In this document: positions 23,636 to 37,235 of the stretch, piece after piece | How positions within the stretch are numbered: position 1 is the stretch's first letter | Layout: each line of letters begins with the position of its first letter | From: Escherichia coli | Lineage (GTDB): Bacteria > Pseudomonadota > Gammaproteobacteria > Enterobacterales > Enterobacteriaceae | Assembly (NCBI RefSeq): GCF_044324785.1 | Contig: NZ_CP172127.1 | Direction: 5' to 3' (one strand) | Length of the DNA: 64,000 nt | Notes under the pieces: generated by a model | What the model saw: the letters and a program-made list of their open reading frames with translations, nothing else | Told to the model about the DNA's origin: nothing | Databases searched by the model: none | Made by a program: the position numbers and the translations under genes

Positions 23636-24547
23636 CTATCCTTTAATTTTCGGATCCAGCGCATCGCGTAAACCATCGCCCAACAAATTGAACGCCAGTA
23701 CGGTCAGAAAAATAGCCAGGGTCGGAAAAACAGCGACATGCGGCGCGATAACCATATCCGCTCGTGCCTCATTGAGCATTGCTCCCCACTCTGGTGTCGG
23801 CGGCTGCGCACCGAGGCCGAGAAATGACAGGCTGGCGGCAGAGATAATCGAGGTGCCGATGCGCATGGTGAAAAACACCACGATAGAAGAGACGGTCCCA
23901 GGCAAGATATGACGCAATAAAATGGTCATATCGCTGGCACCAATACTGCGTGCTGACTCAATAAAGGTTTGCTGTTTCAACACCAGCGTGTTGCCGCGCA
24001 CCAGGCGGGCAAACGCGGGGATGGAAAAAATGGCGACAGCGATAATCACGTTAGCAATGCCGCTTCCCAACACCGCAACAACAGCGATCGCCAGTAAAAT
24101 ACCCGGGAAGGCAAACAGCACATCGCAAATGCGCATGATTAGCCGATCTGACCAGCCTTCATAATATCCAGCAAGCAAGCCCAGCAACGTCCCGATCGCC
24201 GCACCGATAAACACGGCAAACACACCCGCCGCCAGTGAGATTTGCGCACCAACCAGGACACGGCTGAAAATGTCACGCCCGAGTGAATCGACGCCAAACC
24301 AGTGCTGCAAAGAAGGTCCGTTATTCAGATTGTCATAATCGAAATAATTTTCGGCGTCATAGGGAGCGATCCAGCGTGCAAAAATGGCCACTACAATCAA
24401 TAAAATAACGAATAATGCGGCGGTCATCGCCATATGCTGACGGCGAAATCGTCGCCAGAATTCATGCCACGGTGTACGTACCTGGTCAGGTTTGACCAGT
24501 GGCATGGCGTTTAACACCGCCTGACGTCGCCAGTTAAATAGTCGCAT
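23636..24547 (-). CDS. gsiD: Glutathione ABC transporter permease GsiD (303 aa)
   Basis: ABC permease matching GsiD (YliD); operon position after gsiC. Confidence 0.9.
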   Translation of the reverse strand: MRLFNWRRQAVLNAMPLVKPDQVRTPWHEFWRRFRRQHMAMTAALFVILLIVVAIFARWIAPYDAENYFDYDNLNNGPSLQHWFGVDSLGRDIFSRVLVGAQISLAAGVFAVFIGAAIGTLLGLLAGYYEGWSDRLIMRICDVLFAFPGILLAIAVVAVLGSGIANVIIAVAIFSIPAFARLVRGNTLVLKQQTFIESARSIGASDMTILLRHILPGTVSSIVVFFTMRIGTSIISAASLSFLGLGAQPPTPEWGAMLNEARADMVIAPHVAVFPTLAIFLTVLAFNLLGDGLRDALDPKIKG

Positions 24548-24549
24548 CC

Positions 24550-25470
24550 TTACTTGTACCTGATAGCCGGGTTAATGGCGGCGTAAAGCACATCCACCAC
24601 TAAGTTGATAAGAATAAATTCCAGCGAGAAAAGCAGAATTTCCGCCTGAATCACCGGGTAATCGCGCATTTCTACGGAGTCAACGAGTAAGCGTCCAAGT
24701 CCGGGCCAGTTGAAAACTTTCTCCACCACGATGGAACCACCGAGCAAAAAGCCAAACTGTAAGCCCATCATGGTCACTACCGGGATCATCGCGTTGCGTA
24801 GCCCGTGTTTGAGGACAACCCAGGTTTCGCTCACCCCTTTCGCCCTCGCGGTACGCATATAATCTTCGCTTAAAACGTCGACAAACGACGCGCGGGTAAA
24901 GCGCGCCATCACGGCTGCCACTGCCGCGCCGAGCGTCAGGGAGGGTAAAATATAGTGCTGCCAACTGTCTGCTCCCACGGTAGGCAGCCAGCCCAGTTCA
25001 ACGGAGAATACCTGAATTAAAAGCATCCCCAGCGCAAATGCCGGAAACGAGATCCCCGACACCGCAATGGTCATACTCAATCGATCCGGCCAACGATTAC
25101 GCCAGACGGCGGCGATAATTCCCGCCGCCATACCAAATATCACCGCCCAGACCATACTGGTTATGGTCAGCCACAGCGTTGGCATAAAGCGGCTGGCAAT
25201 CTCATCGGCAACCGGACGACGCGACACCATCGACAGGCCAAAATCCCCCTGCACAGCATTGCTGATATAGTGCCAGAACTGGTGATACAGCGGCTGATCC
25301 AACCCCAGCTGCTGACGCACCAGTTCTATAACCTGCGCATCAGCTTCGGGCCCGGCAATCAATCGCGCCGGATCGCCGGGCAGCATATGGACAAATAAAA
25401 ACACCAGCACCGAGACGATAAACAGCGTCGGAATCAACCCCAGTAAGCGTTTGATAACGTAATTAAGCAT
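24550..25470 (-). CDS. gsiC: Glutathione ABC transporter permease GsiC (306 aa)
   Basis: [37 protein letters not shown]... DppB-type permease matching GsiC. Confidence 0.9.
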   Translation of the reverse strand: MLNYVIKRLLGLIPTLFIVSVLVFLFVHMLPGDPARLIAGPEADAQVIELVRQQLGLDQPLYHQFWHYISNAVQGDFGLSMVSRRPVADEIASRFMPTLWLTITSMVWAVIFGMAAGIIAAVWRNRWPDRLSMTIAVSGISFPAFALGMLLIQVFSVELGWLPTVGADSWQHYILPSLTLGAAVAAVMARFTRASFVDVLSEDYMRTARAKGVSETWVVLKHGLRNAMIPVVTMMGLQFGFLLGGSIVVEKVFNWPGLGRLLVDSVEMRDYPVIQAEILLFSLEFILINLVVDVLYAAINPAIRYK

Positions 25471-25487
25471 TCCACTCCCTGCGTTGC

Positions 25488-27026
25488 TTATTGCAAATCC
25501 GCGTCTTCAAAGCTGAAGCCGGTGTCTGGCATGATCCAAAAACCGGTCAGGTTTTTACTGTGTGCCGACACCAGTTTTTCTACCACCAGCGGGATCCACG
25601 GCGACTCTTGCCAGATGATATCCTGCGCCGCCTTATATAAACGGGTCTTTTCTGCCGGATCATTAGTTTTCAGTGCCTGAGCCAGGAAGTCATCCACCTG
25701 TTTATTGCTGTAAAACGCGGTATTAAACAGCGTCGGTGGCCAGTTCTGCGATGCAAACAGCGGCGATAGAGCCCAGTCAGCTTCGCCGGTTGAAGCCGAC
25801 CAGCCAGTGTAGAACATCCGCACGCCGCTCTCTTTTTGCCCTTTACCTTCAACTTCTGCCGCCCGCTGTCCGGCATCCATCGCAGTCACCTGGGCTTTAA
25901 TCCCGATCTGCGCTAACTGCTGCTGGGTAAATTGCAGCACTTTCTGCGCGGTGCTGTGGTTATGTGACGACCACAGCGTGGTACTGAAACCGTTGGGATA
26001 TCCCGCCTCTTTCAGTAATTCGCGCGCTTTCACTGGATCGTAAGGCCACGGTTTATAACTTTGCGCGTAGGCGATACTCGGCGGTACCACACCAGTAGCT
26101 GGCGTTGCATAGCCCGCGAAGGCTACTTTCACCAGCGCCGGGCGGTTAATGGCGTAATTCAGCGCCTCACGGACCTTCGGGTTATCGAACGGCTTTTGCG
26201 TCACGTTCATACTGATATAACGCTGCATAATTGACGGACTGGCCATCAACTCGATATTTTTGTTTTTCTCCAGCAGTGCGGCCTGCTCGTAGGGAATGGG
26301 GAAAGCAAACTGCGCTTCACCGGTTTGCAGCATTGCCGCGCGGGTGTTGTTATCCGCCACCGGACGCCAGGTTATGCTGTCCAGTTTGGGCAATCCTGGC
26401 TGCCAGTAACCCGCGAATTTTTTCACCTTCACAAAATCAGTCTGATTCCAGGTATCCAGTTCATACGGCCCGGTTCCCACTGGATGAAAACCAATCTCCT
26501 TGCCATATTTTTCCAGCGCTGCCGGTGAAATCATCGCGGTCGCCGGATGGGCAAGAATATTAATAAACGCTGAGAACGGCTGTTTGAGGGTAATCTTTAC
26601 CGTTGTTGGATCGATCGCTTCCGTTTTGGCAATATTCTTATACAGGTTGTAGCGTTTAAGATGATTCGCCGGATCGCTGGCCCGGTCCAGATTCGCTTTT
26701 ACCGCCGCTGCGTTGAAGTCGGTGCCATCCTGGAATTTAATTCCTTCCCGCAGTTTCACGGTGTAAGTTAGGCCGTCATCGGAAACGGTATAACTCTCCG
26801 CCAGCACGTTTTTCAGTTTCATCTCTTTATCGAGACCGAACAGCCCCTGGTAAAACGATTTCGCTACGGCCTGAGATAACGTGTCATTCGCGTCATATGG
26901 ATCGAGCGTGGTGAAGTTCGATCCTACAGCCACCACCACATCTTTGGCAGCGAATGCACAAGATGCCATCAACGCTGTCGCAATGCCCAGCGCCACTAAC
27001 CCACTACGGTGTACAGCTCTTGCCAT
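25488..27026 (-). CDS. gsiB: Glutathione-binding periplasmic protein GsiB (512 aa)
   Basis: ORF from [38 protein letters not shown] matches GsiB; the 601-aa ORF-track extension is rejected. Confidence 0.9.
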   Translation of the reverse strand: MARAVHRSGLVALGIATALMASCAFAAKDVVVAVGSNFTTLDPYDANDTLSQAVAKSFYQGLFGLDKEMKLKNVLAESYTVSDDGLTYTVKLREGIKFQDGTDFNAAAVKANLDRASDPANHLKRYNLYKNIAKTEAIDPTTVKITLKQPFSAFINILAHPATAMISPAALEKYGKEIGFHPVGTGPYELDTWNQTDFVKVKKFAGYWQPGLPKLDSITWRPVADNNTRAAMLQTGEAQFAFPIPYEQAALLEKNKNIELMASPSIMQRYISMNVTQKPFDNPKVREALNYAINRPALVKVAFAGYATPATGVVPPSIAYAQSYKPWPYDPVKARELLKEAGYPNGFSTTLWSSHNHSTAQKVLQFTQQQLAQIGIKAQVTAMDAGQRAAEVEGKGQKESGVRMFYTGWSASTGEADWALSPLFASQNWPPTLFNTAFYSNKQVDDFLAQALKTNDPAEKTRLYKAAQDIIWQESPWIPLVVEKLVSAHSKNLTGFWIMPDTGFSFEDADLQ

Positions 27027-27045
27027 TTTATTCTCCGCCTGAATG

Positions 27046-28917
27046 TTATCTACGCATGAATGCGTATTCTGATTGTGGTTGTGCGACGTAATGCCCCGGC
27101 CCGACGCATTGCAACGAGACGGCTGCAACCTCTTCGCCACGCAGATGAATATTGCTGGGAAGATCGTCCGACAGCAGTACACGCTGCGGTCGTTGTCGGG
27201 ACGGTTCCGCGACCGGAACTGCCGCCAGTAATTTACGCGTATAAGGATGCTTCGGGTTTTCGAAGACCGCGCGCCGTGGACCAATTTCAACAATTTGTCC
27301 GAGATACATCACCGCCACACGATGACTAATCCGCTCTACCACGGCCATATCGTGGGAGATAAACAGATACGCAATGCCGAAATCACGCTGGAGATCGAGC
27401 AACAAGTTGATAATCTGCCCGCGAATAGAAACATCCAGCGCCGAGACGGCTTCGTCGGCAATGATCACTTTCGGATTCAATGCCAACGCGCGAGCAATGC
27501 AGATACGCTGGCGCTGACCGCCGGAAAACTCATGCGGGTAACGCCAGGCATGTTCAGGTAACAGGCCCACGCGCTCCAGCAACCACGCAACGCGGGCAGC
27601 CGCTTCTTTACCTGGCAATAAACCGTGTACGCGCAGCGGTTCGATAATCGAATCACCGATGGTCTGACGTGGGTCCAGCGAAGCGTAAGGGTCCTGAAAA
27701 ATAAACTGAATATCGCGGCGCAATGCCTGAAGTTTGCCGGGTGACAAGGTATCGATTCGCTGACCGTTAAAGATAATTTCGCCGCCCTGCGATTCGACCA
27801 GGCGCAGCAACGCCCGCCCGGTAGTGGATTTACCGCTGCCAGACTCGCCCACCAGCGATAGCGTTTCACCAGGCCAGAGATCAAAACTGACTTTCTCAAC
27901 GGCATGCACTTCCCGCGTTACGCGATTCAACAAACCGCTGCGCAAAGGGAAACGGGTGACCAGATTACGCACCCGTAAAACAGGTTCGCCATCCACCACC
28001 GTTTTCTGCTCGATGGGGGGGGCCTGTTTCGCTGGATGTTCAAGCGATATCAATGGGAAACGTCGGGGATAATCTAACCCTTTCATCGCACCAAGTTGCG
28101 GAACAGCAGCTAACAGCGCACGGGTGTAAGGATGTTGCGGTGCATGAAAAATCTGTTCGACGCTACCCGTTTCCACCGCCTCGCCCTGATACATCACCAG
28201 TACCCGATCGGCAATCTCTGCCACCACGCCCATATCGTGAGTGATAAAGATAACGCCCATCGACATCTCTTTTTGCAATACTTTGATTAATTGCAGGATC
28301 TGCGCCTGAATAGTGACATCCAGCGCGGTGGTTGGCTCATCGGCAATCAGCACAGCCGGGCGGCATGACAGCGCCATCGCAATCATCACTCGCTGGCGCA
28401 TCCCGCCAGAGAGTTGATGCGGATAACGTGAAAGAATGGTTTGTGCCTCCGGAATGCGTACCTGATCCAGCATCCGCTTCGCCTCGACCATTGCTTCTTC
28501 ACGACTGGCGTTTTGATGCAGACGAATAGATTCAGCAATCTGTTCACCCACAGTAAATACCGGGTTCAGCGATGTCATCGGCTCCTGAAATATCATCGCC
28601 ATATCCGCACCGCGCACATGGCGCATTTGTGCAGCGCTCTGCTCGCTAAGTTCAATCACTTCGCGACTGCGCCGCCGCAACAGCATTTGATCGCACTGCA
28701 CTAAACCGCCCGCCTGTTCCAACAGGCGCATCAATGCCAGCGCAGTCACTGACTTACCGGAGCCGGATTCGCCAACAATTGCCAGCGTCTCACCGCGTTG
28801 CAGGCTAAAAGAGAGATTGCGGACCGCAGCTATTTTCTGCTGGTCCTGCATAAAGGCAATATTCAGATTTTCAACCGCCAGCACATCACCGGCATCAAGT
28901 TCATCACTGTGTGGCAA
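27046..28917 (-). CDS. gsiA: Glutathione ABC transporter ATP-binding protein GsiA (623 aa, tandem ABC domains)
   Basis: ORF from [22 protein letters not shown] with two Walker A motifs (GESGSGKS) and two LSGG signatures; matches GsiA. Confidence 0.9.
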   Translation of the reverse strand: MPHSDELDAGDVLAVENLNIAFMQDQQKIAAVRNLSFSLQRGETLAIVGESGSGKSVTALALMRLLEQAGGLVQCDQMLLRRRSREVIELSEQSAAQMRHVRGADMAMIFQEPMTSLNPVFTVGEQIAESIRLHQNASREEAMVEAKRMLDQVRIPEAQTILSRYPHQLSGGMRQRVMIAMALSCRPAVLIADEPTTALDVTIQAQILQLIKVLQKEMSMGVIFITHDMGVVAEIADRVLVMYQGEAVETGSVEQIFHAPQHPYTRALLAAVPQLGAMKGLDYPRRFPLISLEHPAKQAPPIEQKTVVDGEPVLRVRNLVTRFPLRSGLLNRVTREVHAVEKVSFDLWPGETLSLVGESGSGKSTTGRALLRLVESQGGEIIFNGQRIDTLSPGKLQALRRDIQFIFQDPYASLDPRQTIGDSIIEPLRVHGLLPGKEAAARVAWLLERVGLLPEHAWRYPHEFSGGQRQRICIARALALNPKVIIADEAVSALDVSIRGQIINLLLDLQRDFGIAYLFISHDMAVVERISHRVAVMYLGQIVEIGPRRAVFENPKHPYTRKLLAAVPVAEPSRQRPQRVLLSDDLPSNIHLRGEEVAAVSLQCVGPGHYVAQPQSEYAFMRR

Positions 28918-29869
28918 CGGTGTCCCCTTTTTCACGGTAGATACCGGTGGTTGGCGTATCGCCTGCGTAGCCCCAGGCGCGATACATTCCTTCGGTGTTA
29001 AACAGTAGCGCGACGTTACCTTCATGGTCGATAGCGATTAAGCCACCGCTACCGCCAAGCGCAGGGAGTTTTTCCATTACTACCCGCTCGCAGGCTTCCG
29101 CGAGACTTAATCCGCCGTAATCCATTAACGCGGCGATGTCATATGCCGCCAGCGCGCGGATGAAGACTTCGCCCGTGCCGGTACATGAAACCGCCACACT
29201 GGCGTTATTGGCGTAGCATCCGGCCCCCACTAAGGGACTATCGCCAACTCGTCCGGGTAATTTATTGGTCATTCCGCCTGTGGACGTGGCTGCCGCCAGA
29301 TTGCCGTCTAAATCCAACGCCACGGCCCCCACGGTGCCCATTTTCTGTTTTTCATCCAGTGGCGCACCGCTATGGTCGAGGACCATTTCCCCTTCCTCGC
29401 GCGCTGCCAGTAGTTGTTCATAACGCAAAGGCGTGGAGAAAATCTCCGGCGAGACGCGCTCCATGCCATGAGCAGACGCAAAATTTTCTGCCCCTTCGCC
29501 AATCATCATCACATGCGGGCTCTGCTCCATCACCAGCCGGGCGGCAAGAACCGGATTACGCAGATGACTAACGCCCGCCACCGCACCGGCTTTCAGGGTG
29601 TTACCATCCATCACACAGGCGTCCAGTTCATGGGTTTCATCACGCGTAAAGACAGCGCCAATTCCGGCGTTAAACAGTGGACACTCTTCCAGCAGACGCA
29701 CCGCTTCCGTCACCACATCCAGCGCACTTTCGCCCGCTTCCAGCATTTTCTGCCCGGTTTCAACAATGGCAGACAGCGCCTCGATGTAGCGTAATTCCTG
29801 TTGCAGACTCATCTGCGCGCGGCTAATTGCACCTGCGCCGCCATGAATTGCAATGACTGCTTTGCCCAT
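28904..29869 (-). CDS. iaaA: Isoaspartyl dipeptidase / L-asparaginase IaaA (Ntn hydrolase), 321 aa
   Basis: [32 protein letters not shown]... with the autoproteolytic GTVGAVALD site; overlaps the gsiA start by 14 nt. Confidence 0.9.
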   Translation of the reverse strand: MGKAVIAIHGGAGAISRAQMSLQQELRYIEALSAIVETGQKMLEAGESALDVVTEAVRLLEECPLFNAGIGAVFTRDETHELDACVMDGNTLKAGAVAGVSHLRNPVLAARLVMEQSPHVMMIGEGAENFASAHGMERVSPEIFSTPLRYEQLLAAREEGEMVLDHSGAPLDEKQKMGTVGAVALDLDGNLAAATSTGGMTNKLPGRVGDSPLVGAGCYANNASVAVSCTGTGEVFIRALAAYDIAALMDYGGLSLAEACERVVMEKLPALGGSGGLIAIDHEGNVALLFNTEGMYRAWGYAGDTPTTGIYREKGDTVATQ

Positions 29870-30072
29870 AGTATTCGTCCATTAAGGGTGGCTCGCCACT
29901 TTTGCTATAAATATCAGAATTTTTATGAATTACTCATTCAATTTTTGAATATAGAAAGATGGATATGGCATGTAAAGGCAGGAGCCAGCGCTACGCCCGA
30001 GGTGGCATACAGTCTGTGGCGTTTTTCTGACATAATAGGCAAATTCGATTTTGCCTCCGCAGGAGTGTTTTC

Positions 30073-31308
30073 ATGGAATTTACCACCGGATTGATGTCGC
30101 TCGACACCGCGCTTAATGAGATGCTTTCTCGCGTTACCCCACTGACCGCCCAGGAAACGCTGCCACTGGTACAGTGTTTTGGTCGTATTCTGGCGAGCGA
30201 TGTCGTTTCGCCACTGGATGTCCCGGGGTTTGATAACTCCGCTATGGACGGCTACGCGGTGCGTTTAGCCGATATAGCCTCCGGGCAACCGCTGCCCGTT
30301 GCCGGTAAATCCTTTGCCGGTCAGCCGTACCATGGTGAATGGCCTGCGGGTACCTGCATTCGTATTATGACCGGTGCGCCGGTGCCAGAAGGCTGCGAAG
30401 CGGTGGTGATGCAGGAACAGACTGAACAAACGGACAATGGCGTGCGTTTTACTGCTGAAGTGCGTAGCGGGCAAAATATTCGCCGTCGCGGTGAAGATAT
30501 CTCTGCGGGTGCGGTTGTTTTCCCGGCGGGGACTCGCCTGACTACCGCAGAGCTGCCAGTAATTGCTTCACTGGGGATTGCCGAAGTTCCGGTGATTCGT
30601 AAAGTGCGTGTAGCGCTGTTTTCTACCGGTGATGAACTCCAGTTGCCAGGCCAGCCGCTGGGCGACGGCCAAATCTACGATACCAACCGTCTCGCCGTAC
30701 ACCTGATGTTAGAACAGCTGGGATGCGAGGTAATCAACTTAGGGATTATCCGCGACGATCCCCATGCCCTGCGCGCCGCTTTTATTGAAGCCGATAGTCA
30801 GGCGGATGTGGTGATCAGTTCCGGCGGTGTTTCAGTGGGTGAAGCGGATTACACCAAAACCATTCTTGAAGAGCTGGGGGAGATCGCCTTCTGGAAGCTG
30901 GCGATTAAACCGGGTAAACCGTTCGCGTTCGGTAAACTTTCTAATAGCTGGTTCTGCGGCCTGCCGGGCAACCCGGTTTCAGCAACGCTGACCTTCTATC
31001 AACTGGTACAGCCTTTGCTGGCAAAACTAAGCGGCAATACCGCCAGCGGCCTGCCCGCGCGCCAGCGTGTGCGCACGGCATCGCCTCTGAAGAAATCGCC
31101 AGGACGCCTTGATTTCCAGCGCGGTATGCTGCAACGCAACGCCGATGGCGAACTGGAAGTGACGACCACCGGGCATCAGGGTTCACATATATTTAGCTCC
31201 TTTAGCCTCGGCAACTGCTTTATCGTACTGGAGCGCGAGCGCGGCAATGTGGAAGTGGGCGAATGGGTGGAAGTAGAACCGTTTAACGCATTGTTCGGAG
31301 GCCTGTAA
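30073..31308 (+). CDS. moeA: Molybdopterin molybdenumtransferase MoeA (411 aa)
   Basis: [63 protein letters not shown]... matches MoeA. Confidence 0.93.
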   Translation: MEFTTGLMSLDTALNEMLSRVTPLTAQETLPLVQCFGRILASDVVSPLDVPGFDNSAMDGYAVRLADIASGQPLPVAGKSFAGQPYHGEWPAGTCIRIMTGAPVPEGCEAVVMQEQTEQTDNGVRFTAEVRSGQNIRRRGEDISAGAVVFPAGTRLTTAELPVIASLGIAEVPVIRKVRVALFSTGDELQLPGQPLGDGQIYDTNRLAVHLMLEQLGCEVINLGIIRDDPHALRAAFIEADSQADVVISSGGVSVGEADYTKTILEELGEIAFWKLAIKPGKPFAFGKLSNSWFCGLPGNPVSATLTFYQLVQPLLAKLSGNTASGLPARQRVRTASPLKKSPGRLDFQRGMLQRNADGELEVTTTGHQGSHIFSSFSLGNCFIVLERERGNVEVGEWVEVEPFNALFGGL

Positions 31309-32057
31309 TGGCGGAACTCAGCGATCAGGAGATGTTGCGCTACAACCGGCAAATCATTCTGCGCGGTTTTGATTTTGACGGTCAGGAGGCGCTAAAAGAT
31401 TCCCGCGTGCTGGTCGTCGGCCTTGGTGGACTCGGCTGCGCAGCTTCGCAGTATCTGGCAAGCGCCGGTGTCGGCAACCTGACGCTGCTCGACTTCGACA
31501 CGGTTTCGCTCTCGAATCTGCAACGCCAGACTCTGCACAGTGATGCCACGGTCGGGCAACCGAAGGTGGAATCCGCCCGTGACGCCCTGACGCGGATCAA
31601 CCCACATATCGCGATTACGCCAGTCAATGCACTGCTGGATGACGCAGAACTTGCTGCGATGATTGCAAAACACGATCTGGTGCTCGACTGTACGGATAAC
31701 GTTGCGGTACGCAATCAACTGAACGCAGGCTGTTTTGCCGCGAAGGTGCCGCTGGTTTCCGGCGCGGCAATTCGTATGGAAGGTCAAATCACGGTCTTCA
31801 CTTATCAGGACGGCGAGCCTTGCTATCGCTGCCTTAGCCGTTTGTTTGGCGAGAACGCGTTAACCTGCGTAGAAGCAGGCGTGATGGCACCGTTGATCGG
31901 CGTAATTGGTTCGTTGCAGGCAATGGAAGCGATCAAACTGCTGGCAGGTTATGGCAAACCGGCCAGCGGGAAAATCGTCATGTACGATGCGATGACCTGT
32001 CAGTTTCGCGAAATGAAACTGATGCGTAACCCGGGGTGTGAGGTGTGTGGGCAGTAA
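31308..32057 (+). CDS. moeB: Molybdopterin-synthase adenylyltransferase MoeB (249 aa)
   Basis: [44 protein letters not shown]... ThiF/MoeB fold with CxxC pairs; start overlaps the moeA stop. Confidence 0.93.
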   Translation: MAELSDQEMLRYNRQIILRGFDFDGQEALKDSRVLVVGLGGLGCAASQYLASAGVGNLTLLDFDTVSLSNLQRQTLHSDATVGQPKVESARDALTRINPHIAITPVNALLDDAELAAMIAKHDLVLDCTDNVAVRNQLNAGCFAAKVPLVSGAAIRMEGQITVFTYQDGEPCYRCLSRLFGENALTCVEAGVMAPLIGVIGSLQAMEAIKLLAGYGKPASGKIVMYDAMTCQFREMKLMRNPGCEVCGQ

Positions 32058-32143
32058 TTGCCACCTCAGGCCAGATAAGACGTAGCAGGCATCGGTGCAC
32101 TCCGCCACGTCATCAGCAATTTATGAAGATGCAGAACGTCCGG

Positions 32144-32806
32144 TTAAATCGACGTTCTGCCAAACGCTCCCAGCCAGTCCTGTTCAAACTTCGCCACAGC
32201 GGCATCAACCGCCGGATAGCTAATCATCTGTTGTGCCACATCCAGCGGCAGAGTAATTGATTCACACCCTGCCAGTAAGCAGTCCAGCGCCTGACGCGGG
32301 GTTTTGAAACTCGCGGCTAACACTTTCGCCTGCGGCGCATGCATTTTCAATAACTGGTGTAAGTCGGTCACAGTCTGAATACCGCTACCGCCCTGAGCAT
32401 CAATACGATTAACGTAAGGCGCAACATATTCCGCACCTGCCAGCGCCGACAGCAGCCCTTGTGCTGCGCCATATACCGCGGTTCCCAGCGTCGGAATCCC
32501 TTCCGCTTTTAACATCTTAATAGCTGCCAGCCCCTCGGCGGTCACCGGAACTTTCACCACGATATCCGCAATAATAGAACGCAATTTACGTGCGTCATTC
32601 ACCATCCCTTCAGCAGTGGTAGCCATTACCTGGGCAAACAGACGCCCCTGACCGCCCATCGCTTCATGAAGTTCCGGAAGCACAACCTCCAGCGGTTTTT
32701 TACCCGCGGCGATAATGCTTGGGTTAGTGGTCACACCCGCCAGCGGAAAAATACGTGACAGCGCCTTCACCGCAACAACGTCTGAAGTATCCAGATACAG
32801 TTCCAT
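32144..32806 (-). CDS. fsaA: Fructose-6-phosphate aldolase 1 FsaA (220 aa)
   Basis: ORF from [46 protein letters not shown] matches FsaA (transaldolase-like). Confidence 0.9.
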   Translation of the reverse strand: MELYLDTSDVVAVKALSRIFPLAGVTTNPSIIAAGKKPLEVVLPELHEAMGGQGRLFAQVMATTAEGMVNDARKLRSIIADIVVKVPVTAEGLAAIKMLKAEGIPTLGTAVYGAAQGLLSALAGAEYVAPYVNRIDAQGGSGIQTVTDLHQLLKMHAPQAKVLAASFKTPRQALDCLLAGCESITLPLDVAQQMISYPAVDAAVAKFEQDWLGAFGRTSI

Positions 32807-32936
32807 AACCATCCTCAAAATGTACTTTTTGTCTGAATGTAGACTATCACGGGAAAACTCTCTGAACAGTTGACGCACATCAATCTAACTTTCATTCGAA
32901 AGTATTTTAATGTTTGAACGAAACAGAGAGGCAACT

Positions 32937-33836
32937 ATGATTTTCAATATTCAGCGCTACTCGACCCATGATGGCCCCGGTATCCGCACGGTCGTATTTC
33001 TTAAAGGCTGTTCGCTGGGCTGCCGCTGGTGTCAGAACCCGGAAAGCCGCGCCCGCACGCAGGATCTGCTGTATGACGCACGTCTGTGTCTGGAAGGCTG
33101 CGAGCTGTGCGCTAAGGCCGCGCCGGAAGTGATTGAGCGCGCGCTGAATGGCTTGCTTATTCATCGGGAAAAGTTAACCCCGGAGCATCTGACAGCGTTA
33201 ACCGACTGCTGCCCGACACAGGCGTTAACCGTATGTGGTGAAGTGAAAAGCGTTGAGGAGATAATGAAGACCGTTCTGCGCGATAAACCGTTTTACGATC
33301 GCAGCGGCGGCGGCTTAACGCTTTCTGGCGGTGAACCCTTTATGCAGCCGGAAATGGCGATGGCGCTACTGCAAGCCAGCCACGAGGCCGGCATTCATAC
33401 TGCGGTAGAAACCTGTCTGCATGTGCCGTGGAAATATATCACCCCTTCTCTGCCCTATATCGATCTGTTTCTTGCCGATTTAAAACACGTTGCCGACGCA
33501 CCGTTTAAACAGTGGACCGACGGTAATGCCGCCAGGGTGCTGGATAACCTGAAAAAACTCGCCGCAGCGGGCAAAAAAATCATTATCCGCGTGCCGCTGA
33601 TTCAGGGCTTTAATGCCGACGAAACCTCTGTAAAAGCCATTACCGATTTTGCCGCCGACGAGCTGCACGTTGGCGAAATTCATTTCCTGCCCTACCACAC
33701 GCTGGGCATCAACAAATATCACTTACTTAATCTGCCCTATGACGCCCCGGAAAAACCGCTTGATGCGCCAGAACTGCTCGACTTTGCCCAGCAGTATGCC
33801 TGCCAGAAAGGGTTAACCGCGACCTTACGAGGATAA
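32937..33836 (+). CDS. pflE: Glycyl-radical enzyme activating protein PflE (YbiY), radical SAM, about 299 aa
   Basis: [36 protein letters not shown]... with CxxxCxxC radical-SAM motif and a ferredoxin-like cysteine cluster. Confidence 0.85.
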   Translation: MIFNIQRYSTHDGPGIRTVVFLKGCSLGCRWCQNPESRARTQDLLYDARLCLEGCELCAKAAPEVIERALNGLLIHREKLTPEHLTALTDCCPTQALTVCGEVKSVEEIMKTVLRDKPFYDRSGGGLTLSGGEPFMQPEMAMALLQASHEAGIHTAVETCLHVPWKYITPSLPYIDLFLADLKHVADAPFKQWTDGNAARVLDNLKKLAAAGKKIIIRVPLIQGFNADETSVKAITDFAADELHVGEIHFLPYHTLGINKYHLLNLPYDAPEKPLDAPELLDFAQQYACQKGLTATLRG

Positions 33837-33841
33837 CAACC

Positions 33842-36274
33842 ATGACCACACTGAAACTGGATACGCTCAGCGACCGCATTAAAGCGCACAAAAATGCGCT
33901 GGTGCATATTGTGAAACCGCCGGTCTGTACCGAGCGCGCGCAGCACTATACTGAGATGTATCAACAACATCTCGATAAGCCGATCCCGGTACGTCGCGCG
34001 CTGGCGCTGGCGCATCACCTGGCGAATCGCACCATCTGGATCAAGCACGATGAGTTGATCATTGGCAACCAGGCAAGCGAAGTTCGCGCCGCGCCGATCT
34101 TCCCGGAATATACCGTCTCCTGGATCGAAAAAGAGATTGATGATCTGGCGGATCGTCCGGGTGCTGGTTTTGCGGTGAGCGAAGAGAACAAACGTGTTCT
34201 GCATGAAGTGTGCCCTTGGTGGCGCGGTCAGACGGTACAGGATCGCTGCTACGGCATGTTTACCGATGAGCAAAAAGGTCTGCTGGCGACCGGAATCATT
34301 AAAGCGGAAGGCAATATGACCTCCGGCGATGCGCACCTGGCGGTGAATTTCCCGCTACTGCTGGAAAAAGGTCTTGATGGTCTGCGCGAGAAAGTAGCGG
34401 AACGTCGCTCGCGCATCAACCTGACGGTGCTGGAAGATTTGCACGGCGAGCAGTTCCTGAAAGCGATTGATATCGTGCTGGTGGCAGTCAGTGAACACAT
34501 TGAACGTTTCGCTGCCCTGGCGCGTGAAATGGCAGCCACTGAAACCCGCGAAAGCCGTCGCGATGAACTGCTGGCGATAGCAGAAAACTGCGATCTTATC
34601 GCCCACCAGCCGCCGCAGACTTTCTGGCAGGCGCTGCAACTGTGCTACTTCATCCAGTTGATTTTGCAGATCGAATCTAACGGTCACTCGGTATCGTTTG
34701 GTCGTATGGACCAGTATCTCTACCCGTACTATCGCCGCGACGTTGAACTGAACCAGACACTGGATCGTGAACACGCCATCGAGATGCTGCATAGCTGCTG
34801 GTTAAAATTGCTGGAAGTGAACAAAATCCGCTCCGGCTCGCACTCGAAAGCCTCTGCGGGAAGTCCGCTGTATCAGAACGTCACCATTGGCGGACAAAAT
34901 CTGGTTGATGGTCAACCAATGGACGCGGTGAATCCACTCTCTTACGCGATCCTCGAATCCTGCGGTCGCCTGCGTTCTACTCAGCCTAACCTCAGCGTGC
35001 GTTACCATGCAGGAATGAGCAACGATTTCCTCGACGCCTGCGTACAGGTGATCCGCTGCGGCTTCGGGATGCCGGCGTTCAACAACGACGAAATCGTCAT
35101 CCCGGAATTTATTAAACTCGGTATTGAACCGCAGGACGCTTACGACTATGCAGCGATTGGTTGTATCGAAACCGCCGTCGGTGGCAAATGGGGCTATCGC
35201 TGTACCGGCATGAGCTTTATCAACTTCGCCCGCGTGATGCTGGCGGCGCTGGAAGGCGGGCGTGATGCCACCAGCGGCAAAGTGTTCCTGCCACAAGAAA
35301 AAGCGTTGTCAGCGGGTAACTTCAACAACTTCGATGAAGTAATGGACGCATGGGATACGCAAATCCGTTACTACACGCGTAAATCAATCGAAATCGAATA
35401 TGTCGTCGACACCATGCTGGAAGAGAACGTACACGATATTCTCTGCTCGGCGCTGGTGGATGACTGTATTGAGCGAGCGAAAAGTATCAAGCAAGGCGGC
35501 GCTAAATATGACTGGGTTTCTGGCCTGCAGGTCGGCATTGCTAACCTCGGCAACAGCCTGGCGGCAGTGAAGAAACTGGTATTTGAACAGGGCGCGATTG
35601 GTCAGCAACAGCTGGCTGCCGCACTGGCGGATGACTTCGACGGCCTGACTCACGAGCAGCTGCGTCAGCGGCTGATTAACGGTGCGCCTAAGTACGGCAA
35701 CGACGATGATACTGTCGATACGCTGCTGGCTCGCGCTTATCAGACCTATATCGACGAACTAAAACAGTACCATAACCCGCGCTATGGTCGTGGTCCGGTT
35801 GGCGGCAATTATTACGCGGGTACGTCATCTATCTCCGCTAACGTACCCTTTGGCGCGCAGACGATGGCAACGCCGGACGGGCGTAAAGCCCACACCCCGC
35901 TGGCAGAAGGCGCTAGTCCGGCCTCCGGTACTGATCATCTTGGCCCTACTGCGGTCATTGGCTCAGTGGGTAAACTGCCTACGGCCGCGATTCTCGGCGG
36001 CGTGTTGCTCAACCAGAAACTGAATCCGGCAACGCTGGAGAACGAATCTGACAAGCAGAAACTGATGATCCTGCTACGCACCTTCTTTGAAGTGCATAAA
36101 GGCTGGCATATTCAGTACAACATCGTTTCCCGCGAAACGCTGCTGGAAGCGAAAAAACATCCGGATCAGTACCGCGATCTGGTAGTGCGTGTCGCGGGTT
36201 ATTCCGCCTTCTTCACTGCGCTCTCTCCAGACGCACAGGACGATATCATCGCCCGTACTGAACATATGCTGTAA
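33842..36274 (+). CDS. pflF: Glycyl-radical enzyme PflF (YbiW), PFL-like, 810 aa
   Basis: 810-aa ORF with the C-terminal glycyl-radical motif ([10 protein letters not shown]) and PFL-like domain; matches YbiW. Confidence 0.9.
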
Positions 36275-36278
36275 CTCT

Positions 36279-36306
36279 TCCGCCCGGCGGCCACCGTCGC
36301 CGGGCC
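36279..36306 (+). terminator. Hairpin after pflF (gcccggcggccaccgtcgccgggc)
   Basis: GC-rich inverted repeat directly after the pflF stop. Confidence 0.45.
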
Positions 36307-36419
36307 AAATCATTCACATCATCAATTTCATCCTCGCTTTCATTCGAAATATAATTTGTGCTCTGCGTCACATTGTTATTACACTGTTACGGTTTCATTT
36401 TCGAGCCAGGAGCACACCT

Positions 36420-37235
36420 ATGAGCGTAAAAGTTATCGTCACAGACATGGACGGTACTTTTCTTAACGACGCCAAAACGTACAACCAACCACGTTTTATG
36501 GCGCAATATCAGGAACTGAAAAAGCGCGGCATTAAGTTCGTTGTCGCCAGCGGTAATCAGTATTACCAGCTTATTTCGTTCTTTCCTGAGCTAAAGGATG
36601 AGATCTCTTTTGTCGCGGAAAACGGCGCACTGGTTTACGAACATGGCAAGCAACTGTTCCACGGCGAACTGACCCGACATGAATCGCGGATTGTTATTGG
36701 CGAGTTGCTAAAAGATAAGCAACTCAATTTTGTCGCCTGCGGTCTGCAAAGTGCATATGTCAGCGAAAACGCCCCCGAAGCATTCGTCGCACTGATGGCA
36801 AAACACTACCATCGCCTGAAACCTGTAAAAGATTATCAGGAGATTGACGACGTACTGTTCAAGTTTTCGCTCAACCTGCCGGATGAACAAATCCCGTTAG
36901 TGATCGACAAACTGCACGTAGCGCTCGACGGCATTATGAAGCCGGTTACCAGTGGTTTTGGCTTTATCGACCTGATTATTCCTGGCCTGCATAAAGCGAA
37001 TGGTATTTCGCGGTTACTGAAACGCTGGGATCTGTCACCGCAAAATGTGGTAGCGATTGGCGACAGCGGTAACGATGCGGAGATGCTGAAAATGGCGCGT
37101 TATTCCTTTGCGATGGGCAATGCTGCGGAAAACATTAAACAAATCGCCCGTTACGCTACCGATGATAATAATCATGAAGGCGCGCTGAATGTGATTCAGG
37201 CGGTGCTGGATAACACATCCCCTTTTAACAGCTGA
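36420..37235 (+). CDS. ybiV: Sugar phosphatase YbiV (SupH), HAD/Cof family, 271 aa
   Basis: [51 protein letters not shown]...; paralogous to YbjI in this same window; the upstream ORF-track extension from 36189 is rejected. Confidence 0.9.

Noticed and set aside
25488-29025. Long ORF-track versions of gsiB (601 aa) and gsiA (659 aa)
   Set aside because: The upstream extensions overlap the preceding genes and lack RBS support; internal ATGs reproduce the known protein N-termini (MARAVHRSG..., [10 protein letters not shown]...)
34249-35653. Multiple 90-165 aa ORFs antisense to or out of frame with pflF
   Set aside because: They lie entirely within the 810-aa glycyl-radical enzyme gene; typical GC-rich shadow ORFs
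36189-36419. 77-codon N-terminal extension of ybiV in the ORF track
   Set aside because: The extension overlaps the end of pflF and its terminator hairpin; the ATG at 36420 gives the conserved HAD N-terminus [14 protein letters not shown]
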